64,000 bases of DNA. Origin: Ruditapes philippinarum (taxonomy: Eukaryota). This document shows, in pieces, positions 15,001 through 27,900 of this stretch. The DNA is taken from the NCBI RefSeq assembly GCF_026571515.1, contig NW_026866456.1:310001-374000 (forward strand), written 5' to 3'. The notes beneath the pieces were generated by a model that was not told the origin of the DNA, searched no databases, and saw only the letters and a program-made list of their open reading frames with translations. Each line of letters begins with the position of its first letter. The stretch's first letter is position 1. A program made the position numbers and the translations under genes.

Positions 15001-15178
15001 CCTAGGAATTTTTCAGACAACCATGGAATATGTCCAAGGAAAAGTTAGAAAAAAAACCTTTCACTTTGGACAATTGCAACATTGTCCAAGGTTTCCTAGT
15101 AAAACTACCATTAAAGCTTGGACTTCCATGGTTTTTTCCATGATTTTTCTTGAATACCTTGGAAAATACACAGCCGGG
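12034..15178 (-). mobile_element. CACTA/EnSpm(CMC)-like non-autonomous DNA transposon, ~3.1 kb
   Basis: Termini CCCGGCTGT...ACAGCCGGG with the imperfect TIR extending through TTTCCAAGGT. 2-bp TSD CA on both sides. Dense subterminal CCTTGGA/TCCAAGG/CCATGG repeats at 12034-12420 and 14850-15178. Confidence 0.75.
12645..13262 (-). pseudogene. Decayed spliced BEN-domain gene fragment carried by the transposon
   Basis: Minus-strand exons 13262-13081 (acceptor ttccag, donor gtttgt) and 12732-~12645 (acceptor tttcag) join in phase 1. Translation: SKASKLLFRKLYSVEEYRGRCFTG...(frameshift)KPKSRPALEDTILLKVLH-E-LIKRKWPYVTFEAVQKL, which fits the BEN pattern. One in-frame TAA and frameshifts are present. 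Confidence 0.6.
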
Positions 15179-15761
15179 CAATTATCTTTGCACTAAGTTC
15201 ATGCATTGAAGCTTTCCACATAATTAGTGAAGAATATTTGTATCAGATATAAGATGAAAGAAGGATTATATAACTTTTGTGACCTTTATTTTCAAAGCTA
15301 ACATTAACACAAGTCCTATCTGTAAAAAAGAAAGTCTGTGGGTAAAAAACCCCAAGTGCTTTAAGTAATTGTTATTGACAGTATAACCAATAACAACTAT
15401 AAACAAAAGGGATACAAAACAATATGATGTCATTCACTGTTTAAACTTCTTTGCCTTGATTAACAGTCAGATGGTATATATAATTAACATCAATGAACTC
15501 TACTAGCAAATATTATGGCTTGCCAATAGTCAACCAATAAAGGTATTAGGCTGTTTGTTTGAATCAGAATCCTGCTGACTCAATGTTAAAAGTATTAGAA
15601 GAAAAATGTCTTTAAAACTATCGAAGCAAACTTCAGACGACAGTTCACTTAAGTCATTCGGAGTTTTATACAAGTTAACTAGTTTATAATTGCACTAAGG
15701 TGACAAAATTTGGTTCGTTAATAGGTAAAGACTAACGTATGTTGATATTTTGTTATTACAG

Positions 15762-15936
15762 AATGGGTCAGTCATGTTCCAGTAGTGAGAGCTCGAGTAG
15801 TGGCTCGGAGAGCGACAGTGATAACAGCTCGGACAGTGAGTCGGATAAAGATGTCTCTGATGACGAGAATCATCATGCCACGCCACAGGGAACTCCCAAT
15901 AATCCAGATAATATGGAAACCTCGCCTTCATCTGGG
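15762..15936 (+). CDS. lilli: AFF/lilli coding exon, Ser/Asp-rich (MGQSCSSSESSSSGSESDSD...PSSG)
   Basis: Acceptor ttattacag at 15753-15761 and donor gtacgt at 15937. Phase 0 into the next exon. Ser-rich tract typical of AFF proteins. Confidence 0.8.
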
Positions 15937-18900
15937 GTACGTTTTTATTTTTCTCCGAAAAAGTCAAAGTCCTTGTGAAAAGATGATATTTCAGTTTTTA
16001 CAAAAGTAATGAATGTCTGTTGAAAAAGAAAGGTTTTATCTTTGTGTTAAATCTATATAAAGATTTGCAAGTGAAGTAAAAAGATTTGAAAGTGAATGGC
16101 TATTTAATTCAGACACTATATCACTCAACCTATTGGATGACTAAGATGAAAACTGCAAGTGGTGATTAGTGCATACTGTTGGTGCATTTTAAGAACAGAA
16201 AATCTGTTGATTCATCTATGGACATTTCAAAAATCAAAGCTAAAACGATTGATCATTATGTAAGGCTAGATGTCTAAGGCAGTTCAGGAATTGTGTTTCG
16301 ATCATACATACAACATTTAAAACTTGACAGCTTGAGTACATTTTCTGATTGACTTACAATTCTAAATGCATGATTTATGTATATGCAGAAGATAATTTGT
16401 ATGCTGCAGTACTCAATAACTGATTGTAGGTTTTGAAACTTAATGCTCTTGATGTCTCAAAAAAGAATTTAAAGAGCTCGGCATTCTCTTTTGAGAAAAC
16501 ACAGTGAAATGTTTTAGTTTCACAGAAAATGTTGTAAAATTGCACAGTTCCTTTACTGAAAATCTTTCAATCTTTGATGAGACAGTATGAAGATAATAAC
16601 CTGTCTAGAGTTTATATCTCCATTCTTAGGTCTAGACTAGATCAAATGCCAACTAAATCGATTCTGTGTCAACTAAGTGCAACTGAAATTTTATATGTCT
16701 AGATCTAGAATATCTCATTTCTTTTACCTTAATTTGTGCTTTTGCTTAGTTGAATTTCTTTAGGGTAAAAAAGATATGAAGTTCAGAGCAGCAAATTCTG
16801 ATTTCTTAGAAAATTGACATATATTGGCTGATTCTGATGCAGACAAAATTTTGTTTCTGTTATACATTGATATTTAGTAAGAATCAGAAAAAATAAAAAT
16901 TTAAATATGTAAGCAATGAATTTTATTTATTACACTTGTTTGTAAGTTAGCTCCAAATGTAGATATCAAAGAAACCATAATTTATGTGTTAATGATAATT
17001 TGTTTTGTATACATAATGACATTTTTATGTGTCTATTTATAGTCCAAAAAATGGAACCTTGGGGCATTTCTGCAGCAACCCCAGTCTATTAATATGGGAT
17101 CGAAGCCCCCATCCTGTGACGCACCAGCCTCGAATAAATCTGATCATTTTGAAGAGGACACAGAGATGAAAAGAGGGGCTGACCACGTATCGGACGAGAA
17201 TCCGCCATCGGTCGATCAGGATCTGTTATCAAAGCCAATGTCAGCCGACGAGTTCTCGCCACCTGCTCCGATAGAATCTAAACACATCCTGTCTCCTATC
17301 AAATCTCCACTTGCCCCGCCCATAAAGTCTCCATTACCAGCGATTATATCGCCAATGCAGTATACCCCTAAAGCAGCTGAGAAAGGTTTTCCATCATCAT
17401 TGAGTGCTAACGAGGTGCCCAGTCGCAGTAAAACTGCTGATCGGGGAAAACATAAAGACAATAGTTTGCCTTCTAAATCGGTCACCGATGGTCCTGAAAC
17501 AAAAGGAAGACGGTCTCGGAAAAAGAAGCAAAATATAGTGTCGGTCCCTATTATAGACACTTCTGATTCCGATTCCGATATAGACGTTGAGAAAATGTCT
17601 TCTGATAGTGCTTTAAGTTCACCACAAAAACCTCTTCCACTGAACTCGCAATTAAGTCAAAAATATACGCCATTAGATAAGTGTTCAGCAAATCTTGGTA
17701 CAGTTAAACGGAAAGAGACTAAAAGAGATAAATTACTCAAAGAAAAAGATTCAGTGAAGTTAAAAAGAGAAATTGCAATGGCAAATGTACCTAGTAAAGA
17801 CTGTGATAATAAGAAAGCAGCTTCGCGGATGTATGCACGTAGTTTTACGGATTCCATAGACGATATGCTAGACACATTTTCTGGCGAGAAGCCATTGTCA
17901 CCTATTCGGAGTGTTACTAATATAAATAAGATTAACCCTACGGAACAGGACTTAATACGGGCCGGTCTCAACGTGTCTACAAAAACCCCAAATTCCCTTA
18001 CTGGAAATATATCCTGTGCAAGAGAAAAACCGCCAGTGTTAGTAAAAATAGATCTAAATTTGTTAGACAAAGTCCTATGTGTAGATAGGCATAGCCCATA
18101 TTTCCTGAAGCCTAAGGAGCATTTAAGTGGTAAGCACCGTAAAAATCTGACAAGTGCCAAATACTCTTCAAGTGATATCAGATCCAAGAAAGTGCACAAT
18201 GACACTGTTAAGGATAAACTATCTAAGTCGACTGCCTCAAAAATAAGTGCAAATAGTGTACCTGATATTGATTTAAGTGATAAAAAGTATGTGCCAGAAA
18301 AAGAAAGGATATCAAATGTGAATTTGACTAGTAAAAAGGATATACCTAAAAGCCATGTTCCGAGTTTTGAGTCTCTACCGGTCCGAGAACCGGTAAAAAG
18401 TGAATCTTTATCTGATGATTTAAGTGATTCGGATAGTGACGGAAGTGCTAGTGAGATAGAAGACTCTAAGCACGTGGAGTCCGTGCACGATTCATTATCT
18501 ACATCAAATCATTCGTCTTTCAGTCAATCTCCGCACGAGAAAAAGAAACGCAAACTAAATACCACAAGAGATGATGACACGAAGAGACGGAAAACCTTGT
18601 CTAAGTCACCTGCAAATTTGCCAGCATCCGAGATAGTAAAAGAGTAAGTACTTAAGATGAAGTATTTTAATATTTATTTTTATTTATACTCTATGCAAGA
18701 GGTTCTTGAATATGTAATTAACTCAATGGCTCTGATTGAAGAAGAACCTACTAAATCTCATTGGTAAACAAAGACATCAAAGACATTGTTTGATTCATTA
18801 CATTAGAACAATTTTTAATGAGTAAAGCACAAAAAAAACTAAATAGATTATTCAATAGCTTATAGCCAAAAGTTAAGTTCAAACAAAACTCCTTATACTT

Positions 18901-21900
18901 TCTGTAATAAACATGTATGGGTCTGGAGCTCTTCCTTTCCAAAAATTCATTAAAATTGTGCAGTTTTCTCCTTAATGTTTTTTTCTTTCCCTTTTTGCAA
19001 AATAATACTACTTTATGGTTATCCCCAAGTATAAATCTCTCAATAAAGTCAAAAATATATGCCACTCTATAAGTGTAAATCTTTCCCTATCTGTGAAAAA
19101 AGTCGGAAAAATGCACTGTAAAACGAGATAAAATCCTGACAAACTATTTAAATGATACATTGTTCATTAACCACAAGTATGCAATGTTTTAGCCTTTATA
19201 ATCAAAATAAAGTTGAATAATTTTGCACAAAGGTTTCTTGAACAGGCTTTAAACATTTATGTGTAACTGGCTATAATGGGAGGCCAATCAGCTTAAAGTC
19301 TATTCCTTCTAACCTAGAATCCCTGTCTGACAGGGTGTTCACTAGCAATGAAATCCTGGGGGTCATTTTGACTCAAGTTTTACCAACTATAAGGCCAAAT
19401 CCCCATGATTTTAACAAAATTTGACCCTCCAGTTAAAATCCTGAGGGTCAAATCAGGCCTTTTGGAAATTTGAAGGGTCAGAGAGTCATTTCAAGGGTCA
19501 AACGTACACCCTATATTATTTTCTGCTAAATTTTACCATATTTGTAACCTGCTTCTAAATCTACCGTGTTACTAGTCTACACATAAGCACTCGTCACATC
19601 TGTGCTGTCTGATCTTTACTAAATATATTAAAATTTTCCCCAAAAAGGAAAGGCATAGACTTAAACATGAAACAGGAATATTTTTATATTACTTTAACAG
19701 GTGCTTGTACCTGATAACCATTTCTTTACATTATTTGGATAACATTAAGTGACATTTGACTGATATTGGGAGAATTTATCATTGTAAATTATTTTAATTT
19801 AGAAATGTCAAAATTATTGATAAACTTTGTTTAGCAATTGGCATGAAATCAAAATTTCTGAATATGTTTATATAAAGATGAATAATTCTGGTATTTTTGG
19901 TAGGCCATGAAGTCTAAGGAAAGTAGAAATTCTGTTTTAGGCCATGGAATCTGTCTTTGGCCAGGACATGATATTTTTTGACTGGCTCCATAAAATTGTT
20001 TGCCTTTAACCCTGTTAAATATCTCAAAGAGACTTGTCCATCTTTCAAACTGGACAAAACTGTTCTTAATCTTAGGGATTTTTTTTTTTTGAAATATGAT
20101 GTATTGGCTGAATAGTAAACAGCACTGATCCTGATCAGACAGCATGGATGTGTGACCTGATCTGGGCCTGCACTGGTTGCATGGGTCAGAAGCAGTGGCC
20201 GCTTGCAGGCTAGAGTGTGGATGAAAGAAAAGTGGCAATGTTGTTTCTTTTTATGCCAACATCTAAGTGACATGAAGATAAATGATGTCTTTTGTTAATC
20301 TATTTTAAGTTTTAAGAGATGTTTCAGATTCCAGGCAAACAAATTTAAAAAAACTGAGAAATTTTTTATATATATATATAATAATATCTACTTTCAAAGT
20401 TACTTATTTAAAGGTGAATTCATGCAAAATAGGAGAGAGTTGACTTTTTTTTATCACCATATTATTTTCTTCCCTGTTATCAACAGTGTAACAGAGCTAC
20501 CTCTGCATGCTTGCAAAAAGTATGTGCTTAAGGCTAGGTTTTTATCAGTTTGATTATACACCTGACAATATGTTTACAAATTAAGATGGCTTATTAAATT
20601 TTCATTTAAAAGAAGCAGAAATCTAAACGGTTGCTGCTTTGACTATGGAACATCATTCACATGTTGTCACCTTAGTGCAGTAATGGAATAACTCGTTTAA
20701 AATTACATAAGGAGTTAAGCTGTTACTGCACAAAGGCAAAGGTGTATAGTATTTTATTCTAGTATGACTATAACTTTAATTATTACACAGAATGAAATGG
20801 AATTATTTTTAAGGGCAAAAAAAATACACCGAAAAACAAACAAAACAACTGGGAGATAAAAATGATAAAGAGATATAACAATGTATTTTTCACGACTTGC
20901 GTTCACCTTAATTGTCCACCAGTGGAGTGATCTTACATGAACTTTTAACATTGTTATTAGATAGAGTAATTCTCGAATTGCATTATTTTCTGAGATTGTA
21001 TTGATTCCGATGGAGAATACAAATGGACGCGTCAAGCCGCTGGCTATACCAATCCCATTTCGTAAAACAAATAAATCGCTTCAGTCTCGTTTAATTTGTT
21101 ACGGCATGGAACATGGAAAATATGATTTACCATAATTTGATTTTTTTAGGCGATATTAATACAAAAACTTATTAATACAGAGGATTGATTAAATATTCTA
21201 TGTTTAGTCATGATTTGAAAGTTTTCTCGTATTAAAGAAATGTTGAATGTATTTTGGGCAGTCCTCAGATGTTTCCCAAACCCCCACCCCCCAGTGCCCC
21301 ACCAACCCTACCCTGTCTTTTCATAACAAACCTATACCCTCATAATTGAGAATTTTAGCAATGTTTTTCACTTAGAATTGGTAATTACATGAAGGGCGGT
21401 CACCTTAAAGAAAGTCTCGAACATCTTTCGTTAACAACCGACTTTTGGAAAAACCTTTTTCAAGTCCATTTGCCCTTTAAAATCGGGGCAAAGAACTTTT
21501 TTTAACTGGGAATGTGATACAATATTGACTAAAAAATCTCAATTAAAAATTACCCCAAAAAAAACTAAAAAAAACACCCAACTACTTAAGAAACTGTTAT
21601 TAATTTAAGATTTTTTATTTGGAAGAGGAAGTATCGTTAAGTTTACTTCTTTCCGTCCTATCGGAAGATAAGATTTTTAACAGTTTTCAGTATCAGTAAA
21701 TGAGCATATAAAATTATTACAAGAAGGGGGAAGATAAAAAAAAATATTTTGGAGGCGTTTTCCTTTTCAGGATGGGAAATTGTTATGAAATTAATGGGTT
21801 GTAAGCATTTTTGGGAAAACCTCTTAAGTGTCATTTATAATTTATTATAAAAGAGGTGGGGGGGGGGCATGGTGGTTAACAAAAAAAGGGAAATATATGG

Positions 21901-24900
21901 AATGTTCAATTTCTAACAAAATTTATGAAAATCCCCATGCATGTATATTTCAGTTTGCAGTATCAGAAGGTGACTAACTTTGACATTACTTGTTTCTGAA
22001 AATAAAATAAAAAAAAAAAAAATGAAAATGAAGTTAAATCTATTTTTCAATTTCCTATAGTATAGTTTGTATCACTTTAAAATAGTTTTGTTAAATGATT
22101 TGACAATCTAACGAGTGGAAACTATTCCGGTAGAGATATAAGGAAATCTTGAAATAACTTGGTTACTAAGACGTAAGTTAATAAAGCAGTGAAACATGCA
22201 TAATTTATTTCATGCTCTAAAGAGACAAGAGACGGCATATTTTAACGCTGAGGAAATGCAGTATTATAAGATATGTTTCAAGTTATTCGGTGCATATTTA
22301 ATTTAAATGCATTTAACCGACATGATAAACACTTTATCATTGATATATATGTTCTATTTAATGCCTGTGTTGGTATTTGAAAATTAAGGAGAAATTTTAT
22401 AAATTAATTTTTTCGTGGACAGTTTAGTCACCTTATAGTGCTATAACTGGCTAACTCCTATAAAATTTAAAAGGACTTAACCTGTTACTGCACTAAGGTT
22501 ACGGTTTGTTTAAAGGTTTAAACCTGACTACACTAATATCTTAAATGGACTTATCCATCTAAATGATCTAACAATCTGGACATAAGTGTTTATTATTTTG
22601 AGAGGAAATTTACAAAATAAGTAGCAAACAGGGCAGACCCTGATTAGATGGCACTCAGGTGTCGTATTTGGAACCAGTAGGCCACCATGCCCCTTGATAG
22701 TAATGACCACCTGTACACCTATATGACTCCCTTCTTAAATGTCCATTCCATGGCCAGTCCTTGAAAAAATTTTCAAATGACAATTTATGGATCTGGAATT
22801 TATGAATAACTAATATTTCAGATAATATTTCAGATAATTGAAAAACTTTAATTAAAATCTTTTCATCAATAGTAAATTAGAAAATTAGTTTAGAATTAAA
22901 AAAAAAAACAATAAAAAACAATACCACAATAGCGTCAGAACACAACAAAAAAAAATGGGTGAAAAATTGAACAACAAAGACATTAACATTTATTTGACAT
23001 TTAACTTGATGTTAGACGTCGCCTACACATAATTAAAATATGTTTATATTTGGCTACCAGTAAATGCAATCCCACTGTAATCTTATGGTGAAACATTGTC
23101 TGCAAATTTATATATTTAATCATTTTTAGGGCCGTAAAATTTAATTATAAGGAGATTTTATTGTGAGTTAAATATCATGATAAATGTATATAGGTAATTA
23201 TTATTATGGTTCCAATGATTAAGTGGTTATAAAATTTATGCATATCTTGTGCAGGCTTTAAAGTTTAAACCAGACTTAATATTTTTCGCTGCACAGTTTT
23301 TGTATATTTTTGATATTGAAACCTTCAAATTTTAGGATGGTCAGATCTAAATAATATTTGAAATATCAAAACAGGGTATAATAGACTTAGGGATAAGGTC
23401 CCCTTTAAAAATAATGTCTCATTGTTTGAGAGTTTGAGTCCTATTTTAGGAAGATATCCAGATCACTAGAAATTGTCTTTGTATGGGTTCCTCACAAAGG
23501 TAAACTAAAGTCTGAAAATGAAGATTGACTCTGCTGTTTGTCTTTGACAATAATAATTATGATCTTGAACAGTTTATAATATACATGTATACTGAATTTG
23601 TTAACCCTCAACTGTTTTACAACCATCACTCTGCGGAAACAGAAAGTGTCAAGCATAATGCCACCGTTATAGTCTATAGAGTACAGTCATATACTATTAG
23701 CTGACTAACTTTATATATTTAGAAAAGTTGCAAAAAAATATCAGCCAAGGCACAGTCTGGACTCGAACTACGTGTGTCTGATTTACAGGTCCAGTCCCTC
23801 CACACCACTGTGGCTTTGATGCCTTAATATATATCAAGGAGCATCTATTTAACACTGTCATGATAATGATAACTTCTTTGGAATCTCTTCATGAACAAAA
23901 CCCACACACAAAGAAAACATCTTGTGTACATATTTTGTATATATGATAGGTAAATTGTAGGCCCATTGCCAAGCGCAATTTTCACCTGGTCTTGCAATAA
24001 TGCCGAGCAGTTGATGTAATACTGTATTCTAAGATCAGCTGATTTCATTTCGCTGAAACAATCATAAAAAGATTTGTTACATTAAATAATTACATTATAT
24101 ACCCAAATGAAGCCAGTTTGCATAAGGTTTATTTAAGTTTAGAGTGGCTTTGAATTATTGCTTTTTTGATGTCCCCCACTTAATGGTGGGTGGTTATAGA
24201 TGTGTCCTTGTCTGCCCACCACTCTGTTCTGCTGCCACATTACACTGAATATTAAGCAGTGGAATGTGGTGGCAACTGTGTCCTTTGGACACATTTTCAT
24301 AGATTTTGTAAACTGTGTGATGATAAACTATTTTATAATTACAAAATAAGAATATTTTTAGCTTTAAAAGAAATAAAAACAAAACTTTTTTCTTGCCAAA
24401 AAAAAAGAGAACAAGCCTAGTAATAAACCAATACAGAATACCACTTTGGTCCTGGGGAGTTTTTAAATATTTTTAGATTTTGAATGTTGTTAAAAGTTGT
24501 CATATGTAGTAGCATTATAAATGAAAGTATAGATCTATGTTTTTATATGGCAAATTAATGTCCACCCTGATGATGATGACATTAGCAGAAACTGTATCAT
24601 AAGAGTCAAGTTGAATTGTGTTAAAATAGTATATATAAATGTTTTGCATCATCAAATGTATGACGAGATAGACAATTTTGAAAATTAAGTAAACTTAGGC
24701 TAACATATCCTAAATAGACTTAAGTCCATCTTTCAGTCTAGACAAAACCTTTCATCATTTTTTATTAAGGAAAATTTCAGAGTAAAAAGTGACTTAATTA
24801 AACTGAACAGGGCATACCATGATCAGACATTTAAACCAGAACAAAAATTTGATGATTTATTGATCAATACCATATTTTAAGTTAAAACAATTAGTTAATT

Positions 24901-27900
24901 GCAAAAAATCATGATTATTTATACATTTAAAATCTGATGTACAAAATGAATTTGGTATTTATAAAATAGTAACCAGCCAAACAATATGTTGAAAAGTTTA
25001 TTGATGAAGGTGGATTATTCCCATACAGACAGTATTACAAGTTAGACTGCACTTTTCTGCAGGACTTAATCAAGAATCCGGAGCTGATTAAAGTTTTAGT
25101 GATTTTAAAGGCTTTGGTTCCCACAAAAGATTGCTGGAAGTTTTTTTTCTTCTGATTTTAAAATGGTTATTTTCCAACCAGATAAGGGACTTTGGGACGT
25201 GCAAGTATAATTGGTTCGGAAAAAAATGTTGAGTGTAATTCAAATTTAGTGTTGCATTTATTGATCATTTAGACTGTCGTAAAATCTTTGTATTAAATCT
25301 CCAGTGCTGGAAATTGTTCTGCTGGAGTAAATTTAACTTAATTTGATTTCAGTTTCAAAGTAATTTGTAAAATTTGATTCATTACATGATTGATTACTGT
25401 CAAAACAAAAATGGTCAAAAACGTGATATCATTGTGTTTCAGCCATATATTTAAGTCCTGCAAATGTGTTAATTTACAAACAGTTTAATATTTTTTGTTT
25501 GATATAGATGTAAGGCTGTTATGGACATTTACCTTTCATGCCTTAGTTTTATATTGTTTTTCATAACAATAATGTGAAACATATTGCAATAAATAATTGC
25601 TATCCTGGTTGAATGTATTATAGGATAATACTATCTTAATGTGGGTTTGATCAATTGTATCCAGTTCAGAATGGTCTCTAAAAAAAAAAACTGAACATAA
25701 AAGCAGTAATCTGCAATAACTCGAGCTTATTAATGGCATAGAGTCAGGCCAGTCAATATGATTTGACCAAGTTGTAGATGGGGCACTACTTGTTTACAGG
25801 CCAGCCTGAAGTTTGTCAGTATGATTTGACAAAGTTGTAAATGGGGGCAATTGCTAGCCAGTATGATTTGACCATGCAAGTCCTAAACAAGACAATTCGT
25901 GATTACATTAATCAGGCTGTAGTTTACCCTAAAATAATAAGAAAATAGGAAAACATGATGGATTGATAATTTTTCCCAAAAAAAAATAAAAACATTTATG
26001 ATGGATTAATAATTTACTGTAAAGAAAGAAAAAAAATTGATCATGTATATAATAAAAAAATAAATTAATTGACCGCAAATTAAACAAATGGAAAATCAAT
26101 AAGATTTACTTTGCCTACAGCATAATATTAAACACAATTTTCGATACAAGGTTTTAATTAAGAAAAAAACTCGGTGAACTATCTGATATTTATAATGAAT
26201 GAATATAATTTCACTTGAAGAAGATTCACTGTTTATGATAAATTATAACATAATATTTTATGGAGATCTTGTTAAAGTTTTTATGAAGATGTACTCAATG
26301 ATAATTGTTAATATGGCAGAAAGATAATAAAAAAATGGCGAGCGGTGTGTGTGGTAGGTCTGGTATATATACGTGTCTGTTAAATTTTTTTTTCGAAGGA
26401 GTAGAATGATAGAAATGACCGTGTAATGTAAAAAAAAGCTTTGACATTAATTAAAAGCATCATTTTATTCTCAACACAGCTCTCCACCCATACACTTAGT
26501 GTTTATATTTATGGGAATTTAATCCTTAAATTTTTATGGGAATTTAATCCTTAACATGTTAAATTTCCTATTTGACTCTTCCAGCTATCATTTTTAGAAC
26601 CATTAATTATCAATTTAGGGGATATGAAGATAAAAAATTAATGTAAGTCGGCCAACAGTATAGAGCCTGGTCAGACTTCATGGCTGCCCTTGCTCTATAC
26701 TTGCAGACTGGTAAAGGCTAGAATGATATCAAAATGTGTTGATTATTTGGTTTAAACATATTTATTTAAGCACGATTGCTAAACAAGTTCTTGCAACTTA
26801 TATAATCAAATAGTACTGGTGTCATAAGAAGAAACATGGTTGTGACCCGATTTAGGCTCGAACCCTTGATCCCTGATCATGTGTTGATTATTTAGCACTT
26901 ACTCTGTTTCTGTGACAGGGTAGAAAGATGGTAATATAAAAAAAAGAGTAAATTCGGTCTTATTTGCATAAAACATGCAAATTTTCAAAATTGATTGTAA
27001 TTTGTATATTTTGTCATAAATTTTCATAAACTATAGAATGTGATTGGCCTTTGTGAGGGGATGGTCTCTGTTCTAAACTTGTATTTTAGTAATAATTTTC
27101 TATAAGAGTTTGTAAACAAATTGAAGGCAAAATGTCAGGCTATTATTTACACATGCACCCACATAATTATATCTGCATAAGGTTGAAATTTCTGGCCTGA
27201 GCTATTGTATGCTTATCAGTATTATTTCATTTATTTGATGTTTATAATTCATCATACATTAAAATGGTTATTGTCCCATGTGAAATGTATTTGCGGATTT
27301 ATTTTCAAACATATCAAAAGTGACAAGAAGCTTGAAAAAAAATATGGTAATTGAAATTTGATTAATAAATGTGATATCTGTTTAAAATATCTAATATAAG
27401 TATACATATTATGAAAATATTTCCATGAATGATTTCAGGACTTCTAAGGTAGCAAGCCATGCGTAATGAAAAAAAAAAAATAAAAAATAAAAAAAAGGAA
27501 AAAAGATATAGAGGATATTTGTTTAGTTCAGTGTAAGATCGGAATATATTTCACCGAGTGAGCACCAAAAGGTATATTTCACGAGTGGCGCAGCCACGAG
27601 TGAAATATGAACTTTTGGAGTTCACAAGGTGAAATATATTTCAATCTTACTCTAAACTAAACAAATTTTCTTTTTATTACATGCAAAGAAACGTTTTAAA
27701 AAGACATTAAACCTAATACTGAATGAAAAGCGCGCCAAATAATAATACAACGTGACGTCATTTACGACGTCACGTCATTAAGTTGGTACCCAGTACTGTG
27801 CACGCTGGTATTTCACTGAAACAACGTAAGGGGCTTAAATTCAAAACAGTGAAATTATCAAAGTGGTAATTTCACTGTTTCAAACAGTGAAATTACCAGT

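Noticed and set aside
17216-18205. Minus-strand ORFs of 114 and 182 aa
   Set aside because: Antisense shadows of the large AFF exon.
21230-22030. Homopolymer-rich odd-looking tract (similar at ~2100-2800)
   Set aside because: No structure identified. More likely decayed repeats or imperfectly polished assembly sequence.
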